Below are positions 9,389-16,338 of a stretch of DNA of 64,000 bases, piece by piece. A program made the translations under genes and the position numbers. Source of the DNA: Candidatus Pacearchaeota archaeon (GTDB lineage Archaea; Nanobdellota; Nanobdellia; Pacearchaeales; GW2011-AR1); the NCBI GenBank assembly GCA_041649045.1, contig JBAZNV010000003.1, positions 24,515 through 88,514 on the forward strand, read 5' to 3'. The notes under the pieces were generated by a model, which ran no database searches, was not told where the DNA came from, and worked only from the letters and a program-made list of their open reading frames with translations. Every line of letters begins with the position of its first letter. The first letter of the stretch is position 1.

Positions 9389-9763
9389 TTATTTGGTTAT
9401 GGTTTCTAATTTTCCTACTTTAACTAAATCTTCGAAAGCGGAAGGTAGTTTTTCTTCGAGAGTTTTTGAAGGAATATACCCCATTAAGGTTCGGGAAATT
9501 GGCGGCTCATTGCCATTTACATAAGCAAAAGAATCCCCAGTAATTACTGTTCTACCCACAGTTCCATAAACACTACAAAAATTAGTTTTTTGTTCTTGCG
9601 GACAGTTGGGTTTATTATCTATAAGTGGCGGGGTAAGGCGCGAGAAACAGCTCTCAAAAGTAGCGGTATTAACACAAACCAACCTGTGCGGCTCTCTCCC
9701 GAATCCAAATTCAATATAAACTGGGAGTAGATATTCGCACGTTTCACAATCTAATTTAGACAT
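9389..9763 (-). CDS. hypothetical Cys-rich protein
   Basis: 124-aa ORF with 7 Cys, including an N-terminal CETC. No family recognised. Confidence 0.45.
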   Translation of the reverse strand: MSKLDCETCEYLLPVYIEFGFGREPHRLVCVNTATFESCFSRLTPPLIDNKPNCPQEQKTNFCSVYGTVGRTVITGDSFAYVNGNEPPISRTLMGYIPSKTLEEKLPSAFEDLVKVGKLETITK

Positions 9764-9814
9764 AATATTTTATAGCATATACCTTTTTATTTATTATTAT
9801 CATCAAGAATATAA

Positions 9815-9927
9815 GTAGACAGCTTTGTACTTTCCCATCGTTGACAGTACAGGTACAAACGTCGAAAGCTTAACTTCTGAGTTCGGAATGGGATCAGGTG
9901 TTTCCAATCGACTATGGCCGTCTGAAA
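9815..9927 (-). rRNA. rrf: 5S ribosomal RNA
   Basis: The minus strand reads AGACGGCCATAGTCGATTGGAAACACCTGATCCCATTCCGAACTCAGAAGTTAAGC...GGGAAAGTACAAAGCTGTCT. It contains the universal 5S core CCTGATCCCATTCCGAACTCAGAAGTTAAG. Helix I pairs AGACGGC with GCTGTCT (one G-U). Ends are approximate to a few nt. No 16S or 23S in the window. Confidence 0.85.
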
Positions 9928-9947
9928 CAATCAGAAATTCCTCTCTT

Positions 9948-10454
9948 TTAAACTTTGCGTTCTTCACCCCACTCCCCAATTTTCCCGCCATTAATTTTTC
10001 TATCAACCATTTCAAGCTCTTCCCAAATCCCTTCGATCAAATCATAATTCTTTGCTTCCTCAAGCGTTACCCATTTGTAATCTGTCAAACTTTTGTCCAA
10101 AATAACCGGCGCATTTTTGTCAACAGGCCCGCCCCACATGCTCAAAACCAAAACCGGGACCTTATCGCTTCTCACAAAAACCAAACTCGTCACATAACTA
10201 ATGTCCTTTATCTTCAACCCAACTTCCTCCTCGCACTCCTGCTTGCACAAATTCTCAACAACATTATACCATTGATATTTCGAATCTTTTTCCCGCAATG
10301 CATAATCCAAAACTTTTAGTTTTCCTCCTGGGACTGTCCATCGGCCAGGAAACGCCTTTTCCCAATCAGCTCTTTTAGCAATAAGAAATTTTCCATCACT
10401 AACAATAATCACCGTAGCAGAAATATAGTGAGCCAGATTTTTGTCATATACCAT
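9948..10454 (-). CDS. NUDIX hydrolase
   Basis: 168 aa. GRWTVPGGKL...ENLCKQECEEEVGL is a Nudix-box-like G(x)E(x)RE.xEE.G pattern carrying an insertion. Confidence 0.75.
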   Translation of the reverse strand: MVYDKNLAHYISATVIIVSDGKFLIAKRADWEKAFPGRWTVPGGKLKVLDYALREKDSKYQWYNVVENLCKQECEEEVGLKIKDISYVTSLVFVRSDKVPVLVLSMWGGPVDKNAPVILDKSLTDYKWVTLEEAKNYDLIEGIWEELEMVDRKINGGKIGEWGEERKV

Positions 10455-10630
10455 AACCCCTCAAATCCCACATACTATAAAAGCATTTATTGCCTTTAAA
10501 ATATATTTTAGAAACGTCCGAGAAACAGGACCGAGCAATTAGATCTTGCAAACTCGCCAGTATTGCTTAGATTCTCTTTTTGAGCAAGAAATGATTGCGA
10601 GCCAGAACCTGCTCGCAGGTTCAAACAAAA

Positions 10631-10706
10631 CGCCCGAGACAGGACTTGAACCTGCGACCCCGGCATTAGGAGTGCCGTGCTCTAATCCAAACTGAGCTAC
10701 CCGGGC
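10631..10706 (-). tRNA. tRNA-Arg (anticodon CCU)
   Basis: The minus strand is GCCCGGGTAGCTCAGTTTGGATTAGAGCACGGCACTCCTAATGCCGGGGTCGCAGGTTCAAGTCCTGTCTCGGGCG. Acceptor GCCCGGG/CTCGGGC, anticodon stem CGGCA/TGCCG, loop CTCCTAA, T-loop TTCAAGT. No encoded CCA and no intron. Confidence 0.9.
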
Positions 10707-10729
10707 ATGTTCACATTAAAAATAGAGAG

Positions 10730-10738
10730 TATAAAAAA
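10730..10738 (-). promoter_or_regulatory. putative TATA box for tRNA-Arg
   Basis: The minus strand reads TTTTTTATA, 24-32 nt upstream of tRNA position 1, followed by CTCTCTATTT. The same element occurs upstream of the divergent tRNA-Leu. Confidence 0.45.
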
Positions 10739-10755
10739 TTAAGGGTTAGCGATAA

Positions 10756-10763
10756 TTTTATAA
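10756..10763 (+). promoter_or_regulatory. putative TATA box for tRNA-Leu
   Basis: TTTTATAA 25-32 nt upstream of tRNA position 1, followed by CTCTCTATTT. Confidence 0.45.
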
Positions 10764-10787
10764 CTCTCTATTTATCAGTAATTTTGT

Positions 10788-10869
10788 GAGGGGATGCCGG
10801 AGCGGTCAAACGGGCCAGACTCAAGATCTGGTGGCTACGCCTACGGGGGTTCGAATCCTCCTCCCCTCA
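10788..10869 (+). tRNA. tRNA-Leu (anticodon CAA)
   Basis: GAGGGGATGCCGGAGCGGTCAAACGGGCCAGACTCAAGATCTGGTGGCTACGCCTACGGGGGTTCGAATCCTCCTCCCCTCA. Acceptor GAGGGGA/TCCCCTC, anticodon stem CCAGA/TCTGG, loop CTCAAGA, long variable arm (class II), T-loop TTCGAAT. Confidence 0.9.
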
Positions 10870-11039
10870 TATTTCGAACCCACGTACGGGGGTCAAGCAA
10901 AACGCTTTGAGCAATTTAAAAATATTTAATTTTTGCGAAATGCATTTTGCGAGCAGAATCCTTTCCTCCTATTATTTTAGGTTCAAATAAAACAGAGGAC
11001 TTTAGCAAAATTTATAAAAATTAGTTTACCTTGTTAAGT

Positions 11040-12182
11040 ATGAAAAAAATCTTCGTAAGCGGGTGCTTCGATTTGCTTCATTCTGGCCATATAGAGTTTC
11101 TAAATCAAGCGGCTTCTTATGGAGAGCTTTACGTTTCAATAGGTTCAGATAAAACTATTCTAAAACTAAAAGAAAAAAAACCAGTATTTAATCAGGATGA
11201 AAGGAAATTTATGATAGAATCTTTGAAAGGAGTTAAAAAAGCTTTTATTGCCAAAGGAGAAGGGCTGTTAGATTTTTTGGAAGAACTTAAAGAGATTAAG
11301 CCCGATTGCTTCATTGTGAACGAAGAAGGCCATATAGAAGAAAAAGAAGAATTATGCAAGAGGCTCGGAATAGAATATAAAATCTTAAAAAGAATTCCGA
11401 AAGAAGGTTTGCCTCAAAGAAGCGCAACAAAAATTCTTGAAGGAAGCGTCCCTTATCGCATAGACTTAGCAGGAGGGTGGTTAGATCAGCCTTTTGTCTC
11501 AGAGCTCTCTTCTGGGCCAGTAATAGTAATTTCGATTGAGCCCGAAATTGAGTTTTCAAAAAGAAGCGGAATGGCAACTTCTACTAGGGAAATTGCGAAA
11601 GGACTTGTAAAAAAAGGGCTTATACTTCATGATGAAGAAAATGCAAAAATCTTGTTCGGCTTGGAGAACCCTCCAGGCAAAAAGGAAATCGCGGGGTCTC
11701 AAGATTCTTTGGGCATTGTTCTTCCCGGGCTCAGTTACTTGTATTATAAAGGAACCTATTGGCCGGAAAAAATTGTTCGGTGCACGGACGAAGAAATCTT
11801 AAGTTGGCTTGAAGAAAAAATTTACTTGATTCCTTTAGGAAGTCGGGAAAATGGATTTGATGTGCTTTCGGGTAAAAATCTTAACATCCCTGCAGCAAAA
11901 AAATTATCAGAATCTGCGGAAAAAGTTTTTCAAGCAATTTTGAGAAAGGACGTTTTAAGCTTAGGCAAATACTTTACAGAGAGCTTTAACGCTCAAATTA
12001 ATCTTTTCCCCGACATGGTAAATAAAGAAATTCTTGATGTTATTGAAAAATATAAATCTCGGGCGTTCGGCTGGAAAATTTCCGGCGCCGGCGGAGGCGG
12101 ATATTTGATTTTAATTTCTGAGAACCCAATAAAAGATGCCCTTAAAATTAAGATAAGAAGAGGTCTATTTTTCGATAGATAA
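11040..12182 (+). CDS. bifunctional cytidylyltransferase-like nucleotidyltransferase / GHMP-family sugar kinase
   Basis: The N-terminal ~135 aa read FVSGCFDLLHSGHIEFLNQAASYG, an HxGH motif of the TagD/RfaE-domain-II/RibL type. The C-terminal ~240 aa read YRIDLAGGWLDQPF ... KISGAGGGGYLILI, the GHMP kinase motifs of HddA/fucokinase-like kinases. Start placed at ATG 11040; the track TTG is at 11031. Confidence 0.8.
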   Translation: MKKIFVSGCFDLLHSGHIEFLNQAASYGELYVSIGSDKTILKLKEKKPVFNQDERKFMIESLKGVKKAFIAKGEGLLDFLEELKEIKPDCFIVNEEGHIEEKEELCKRLGIEYKILKRIPKEGLPQRSATKILEGSVPYRIDLAGGWLDQPFVSELSSGPVIVISIEPEIEFSKRSGMATSTREIAKGLVKKGLILHDEENAKILFGLENPPGKKEIAGSQDSLGIVLPGLSYLYYKGTYWPEKIVRCTDEEILSWLEEKIYLIPLGSRENGFDVLSGKNLNIPAAKKLSESAEKVFQAILRKDVLSLGKYFTESFNAQINLFPDMVNKEILDVIEKYKSRAFGWKISGAGGGGYLILISENPIKDALKIKIRRGLFFDR

Positions 12183-12185
12183 CTA

Positions 12186-12256
12186 TGCGCGGGCCGGGAC
12201 TCGGACCCGGGTCATCTGCTTGGAAGGCAGATATTCTGCCACTAAACTACCCACGC
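12186..12256 (-). tRNA. tRNA-Gly (anticodon UCC)
   Basis: The minus strand is GCGTGGGTAGTTTAGTGGCAGAATATCTGCCTTCCAAGCAGATGACCCGGGTCCGAGTCCCGGCCCGCGCA. Anticodon stem TCTGC/GCAGA, loop CTTCCAA, T-stem CCGGG/CCCGG. The T-loop is TCCGAGT, with C where the near-universal U55 is expected. Confidence 0.85.
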
Positions 12257-12342
12257 TTTAATATAACTTAATTAATTAGATTTTAAATTTTTGTATAATC
12301 ATTTCCCCAAAGATTTAAAACCACTTTTTATCTCTATTCACT

Positions 12343-13353
12343 ATGAAATTTAACACCTGGTATAACAAAAATCATAAGAAAATCTTGGTTGTCCCCGCAA
12401 TTTTTTTAACATTAGCCCTGATTTTTCTTGCAGCTTTTTATTTTCAAACAGGAGACATTATAAATAAAGATGTAAGCTTAACAGGAGGTTCAGTTTTTAC
12501 TATATCAACAGATATTCCCCCTTCGGAAATGACAAATCATCTTTCAAAAGATTTCACTGATTTTACAGTCAATTCAATATCTGATAATTCAGGGAATCAA
12601 ATACAATTAATAATCGCAATCTCTGAATCTCAAGCAGGTGATTTAAAAACTTCTTTGGAAAACTTTTTGGGGCATGAATTAAATAGTGAAAATTCATCAA
12701 TAGAGACTACGAGTGCGTCGCTATCAAAGGATTTCTACAGACAACTGATTATTTCGATAATTTTAGCTTTTTTGTGGATGTCCGCAATCGTATTTATTAT
12801 TTTCACAAAAGGAATTAAACCGAAAATTTGGATAATCGCGCTAAACCTCCTCTTTGGTTTTTTCATGGGAAAATTTTTCTATAGTTTAAATCCAATAATT
12901 TCTTTCATAATTTTTATTTTATTTTTAGCAATCTTAATAAAAATATATATAAAAAAATCAGTCCCGGCTTTCGCGGTAATGCTTTGTGCTTTCACAGATT
13001 TAATTTTGACCCTGGCAGTTGTTGATCTTATCGGGATGAAACTTTCCACTGCTGGTATCGTTGCATTTTTAATGCTCATTGGATATTCTGTCGACACGGA
13101 CATTCTTCTTACATCAAGGATATTGAACAAAAAAGACAATGTGAATACAGCCATGTTCAGTGCATTCAAAACAGGGATAACGATGACCCTGACATCAATA
13201 ATTGCGATAGCCACGGCCCTTATAATCGTTTTTCGTTTAGAGTCTGTTCTCAATCAAATTTTTATCATTTTAATAATAGGCCTTTGTTTTGATATTTTTA
13301 ACACATGGGTAACAAACGCGAGCATAATTAAATGGTATGTGGAGAAAAAATGA
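12343..13353 (+). CDS. secF: protein-export membrane protein SecF
   Basis: 336 aa. N-terminal TM, extracytoplasmic domain, then C-terminal 5-6 TM with MLIGYSVDTDILLTSRIL. Immediately followed by secD with an ATGA start/stop overlap. Confidence 0.82.
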   Translation: MKFNTWYNKNHKKILVVPAIFLTLALIFLAAFYFQTGDIINKDVSLTGGSVFTISTDIPPSEMTNHLSKDFTDFTVNSISDNSGNQIQLIIAISESQAGDLKTSLENFLGHELNSENSSIETTSASLSKDFYRQLIISIILAFLWMSAIVFIIFTKGIKPKIWIIALNLLFGFFMGKFFYSLNPIISFIIFILFLAILIKIYIKKSVPAFAVMLCAFTDLILTLAVVDLIGMKLSTAGIVAFLMLIGYSVDTDILLTSRILNKKDNVNTAMFSAFKTGITMTLTSIIAIATALIIVFRLESVLNQIFIILIIGLCFDIFNTWVTNASIIKWYVEKK

Positions 13354-14900
13354 GAATAACTTTTAGGATGTGGTTGGTTATAATAATGGTCCTGCTATCG
13401 TTTATATCAATTTTTTCAATCCCGCCATTATTTTTACAAAAAGGAGTAGAAGTGTCTTCGGTCAACACCGATTCAAAAATATTTTCAGAAGGACTTAGAA
13501 AGGATATGATTATCAAGCAAATTAATGGAGAGGAAATTAATTCATTATCAGATTATAACAACGCAATAAATTATATAAAAAATTTGGCAGATAATAAAAC
13601 AGAAAAAATTGTTATAACAACCGAGAACATAGAGATAATAGGTCTTTATGATAAAAGCATTTTAAATGATATCTCTATTCGGGAAATCTCGTCGACAAAA
13701 CTAAACTTGGGACTTGATTTGCAGGGTGGCGCTCGGGCGCTTATAAGAGCGGACATTCCAATCACCGACGAACAATTAGATGATTTGATTGCAGTGTCAG
13801 AAGAAAGGTTAAACGTATATGGGCTTTCTGATGTTAAATTTTTTAAAGTTATAACTTCCTCACAAGAAAGACTGATGGGAATAGAAATAGCCGGGTCTTC
13901 GCCGTCTGATTTAGAAAATCTTATCGCGCAACAGGGAAAATTTGAAGCGAAAATAGGAAATGACACCGTCTTTGTTGGCGGCGAAAAAGACATAACCCAC
14001 GTTTCAAGAACCTCATCAGAAGGAGCGATGATTTATGACTGCAGGGATTCGGAATCTCAAAGCATATGTTATTTTAGATTTCCTATATCTTTAAGTGAAA
14101 AAGCCGCAGAAAGATTTGCCGAAATCACAGAAAATCTTTCGTTGAACGGGACGCACTTGAGCAAAACAATCGATTTCTATATAGATGATAAATTAACAAA
14201 TTCACTTTCTATATCGTCTGGGCTAAAAGGGAAAATAGAAACAAGGATTTCTATTGAGGGTTCGGGCTCCGGAGCTTCAAGGCAGGAGGCAATAGACGAT
14301 GCTAAGTTAGAAATGAAAAAACTTCAAACCATTTTAATAACAGGCTCTCTCCCATACCAATTGGAAATTGTAAAAATTGACAAAATCTCTCCAACTCTCG
14401 GAAAATCTTTTATTAATCAAATTTTAATCGCCGGGATTTTTGCCTTTGTATCAGTTTCTATCGTTGTTTTTATAAGATATAGAAAAATCAAGAACTTCCT
14501 CGCGATGGTTTCAATTTCTCTGTCAGAAATAATAATCACTCTGGGCGTCGCATCGCTTATAGGTTGGAACTTCGATCTGCCTTCGATAGCAGGAATAATC
14601 GCAGCAATAGGTACGGGGGTCGACGATCAATTAATTATTTTAGACGAATCAGAAAGAAATAAATATGAGTCAATCGCCAAAAGAATCAAGAACGCTCTTT
14701 TTGTTATAGTTACCGCATTCGCAACAACATTTGTCGCCATGATACCTTTGACAGGGTTGCTTAATTTCATGGGAATCGGAGCTGCGTCGGCAGGATTATT
14801 AAAAGGTTTTGCTATAACTACACTCATAGGGATTACAATTGGTATCGTCATCACGCGTCCCGCATTTGCAGATATAGCAAAACAGTTACAAAAAGATTAA
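13350..14900 (+). CDS. secD: protein-export membrane protein SecD
   Basis: LNLGLDLQGGARALI (the SecD GLDL.GG motif), a large extracytoplasmic domain, and a C-terminal RND-like TM bundle with AIGTGVDDQLIILDE. Start placed at ATG 13350, overlapping the secF stop; the track start is 13332. Confidence 0.85.
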   Translation: MRITFRMWLVIIMVLLSFISIFSIPPLFLQKGVEVSSVNTDSKIFSEGLRKDMIIKQINGEEINSLSDYNNAINYIKNLADNKTEKIVITTENIEIIGLYDKSILNDISIREISSTKLNLGLDLQGGARALIRADIPITDEQLDDLIAVSEERLNVYGLSDVKFFKVITSSQERLMGIEIAGSSPSDLENLIAQQGKFEAKIGNDTVFVGGEKDITHVSRTSSEGAMIYDCRDSESQSICYFRFPISLSEKAAERFAEITENLSLNGTHLSKTIDFYIDDKLTNSLSISSGLKGKIETRISIEGSGSGASRQEAIDDAKLEMKKLQTILITGSLPYQLEIVKIDKISPTLGKSFINQILIAGIFAFVSVSIVVFIRYRKIKNFLAMVSISLSEIIITLGVASLIGWNFDLPSIAGIIAAIGTGVDDQLIILDESERNKYESIAKRIKNALFVIVTAFATTFVAMIPLTGLLNFMGIGAASAGLLKGFAITTLIGITIGIVITRPAFADIAKQLQKD

Positions 14901-14913
14901 TTATAATTACAAA

Positions 14914-16284
14914 ATGAATAACTTTTTAAAAGAAAGAAGGGGGGACTTTAGAAAAGTTCTTCGGAGAATTTTTAGAAGAGATTTTTCTGGGAATGCCGGA
15001 ATCGCCATAAAAAATTCTACATATCAATTAGGTTCAAATATGGTAGTCAAGATAGGCTCACTGATATTTACAATCATTCTTGCGAGGCTTCTTCTTCCGG
15101 AAAAATTTGGATTATATTCACTTGCTCTCTCGACAATAATTTTATTTTCTGCATTCGCTGATTTTGGCATAGCATCCGCAATAGTTACATTTATCCCAAA
15201 AGAACTTAAGAAAAAAAATTTCAAAAAAGCCAAAGGATATTTTTTAATTTTCTTAAAATGGAAAATATATTTGCTAATAATTGTGTCATTGGCGATGGTT
15301 GTTTTTGGATATTTTATTTCAAATAACTATTATCAAAAACCAATATATCTGGCGTTAATTGCAGGAATTTTTTATATCTTTTTTAGTGGGCTTCTTGGTT
15401 TTTTAGAATTATTTTTAAAAGCAAACGGTAATTTTAAAGCATCATTTTTCAAAGAATTAATTTTCCAAATTTCAAGAATTATTTTAATCGCATTAACTTT
15501 TGTTATAATTTTCAAAAATAGTTCTGATTCAGTTTTGACAGCGGGAGTAATATTTGTCTTGAGCGTGTGTTTTCTTCTCGCATCGATTTATCTTTTTATG
15601 AAAATAAATAAAATTAATTATTTAAAATATAAAAAACAAAGCCTAAACAAAAAAGAATACAAATCATTAATCAAATTTATATTGCCATTATTTGCCATAG
15701 TTTTATCAGGCGTTTTTTTTGGGTATATCGATACCATTATGCTGGGAGGAAATGTTTCTGCCCAATTCTTGTCATATTATAGCATCGCCTTTTCTCTCAT
15801 CGGTTCAATTGTGGCGGTTCTTGGTTTTTCAGCATCTTCTCTTCACCCTCTTTTTTCAGTAACAAAAGGAAAAGCGCTGGAACACCTGTTTAGGAAAGCA
15901 AAAGCGATAACGATTATGTTTTCTTTCTCTGGGGCGGTGGCAACATTATTTTTAGCAGAAATAATAATTAAAATAGCTTACGGATCAGCATATCTCCCAT
16001 CAGCTCCAATCTTGAAATTATTTTCTGTCCTTGTTTTTTTGCTGCCAATCTCCGCACTTTATGATGCCTATTTCTTGTCTCAAAAAAAAACAAGGAGCCT
16101 GGCAATAATTCTCATTTTTGCGACGATATTAAACATAGTTTTAAACTATTTTGGAATTAAATACGGAATTAAATACGGAGAATTCGGGGCAATTGTCGGA
16201 GTTTCAATTGCGAGTATTTTCAGTAAAACAACACACCTTGGAGGATTAATTTTATTTAAAAAAATTTCTAAAAATATTAAATAA
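14914..16284 (+). CDS. MOP-superfamily polysaccharide/oligosaccharide flippase (Wzx/RfbX-like)
   Basis: 456 aa and more than 10 predicted TM helices. N-terminal IKNSTYQLGSNMVVKIGSLIFTIILARLLLPEKFGLYSLA is typical of polysaccharide-biosynthesis (Wzx) proteins. Confidence 0.75.
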   Translation: MNNFLKERRGDFRKVLRRIFRRDFSGNAGIAIKNSTYQLGSNMVVKIGSLIFTIILARLLLPEKFGLYSLALSTIILFSAFADFGIASAIVTFIPKELKKKNFKKAKGYFLIFLKWKIYLLIIVSLAMVVFGYFISNNYYQKPIYLALIAGIFYIFFSGLLGFLELFLKANGNFKASFFKELIFQISRIILIALTFVIIFKNSSDSVLTAGVIFVLSVCFLLASIYLFMKINKINYLKYKKQSLNKKEYKSLIKFILPLFAIVLSGVFFGYIDTIMLGGNVSAQFLSYYSIAFSLIGSIVAVLGFSASSLHPLFSVTKGKALEHLFRKAKAITIMFSFSGAVATLFLAEIIIKIAYGSAYLPSAPILKLFSVLVFLLPISALYDAYFLSQKKTRSLAIILIFATILNIVLNYFGIKYGIKYGEFGAIVGVSIASIFSKTTHLGGLILFKKISKNIK

Positions 16285-16338
16285 ATTAATCAACATTTAA
16301 ACACATAATATTATAAAGATATTTTATTTCATGATTTT

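Noticed and set aside
9803-10319. Track ORFs 9803-10015 (minus, 70 aa) and 9825-10319 (plus, 164 aa).
   Set aside because: Both overlap the 5S rRNA gene. The plus-strand one is also antisense to the NUDIX CDS. Their translations are low-complexity with no motifs, so they are treated as non-coding shadows.
10870-10900. T-arm-like fragments next to tRNA-Leu and tRNA-Arg as attachment sites of an integrated element.
   Set aside because: The matches are short (8-12 nt). One is in the wrong orientation for a tRNA 3-prime duplication. No integrase is present, and the DNA between them is only the tRNA pair.
16153-16176. Tandem 12-bp duplication GGAATTAAATAC x2 inside the flippase gene (encoding GIKYGIKY).
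   Set aside because: It is an in-frame micro-duplication within a loop of a membrane protein, most likely simple replication slippage. No further significance is evident.
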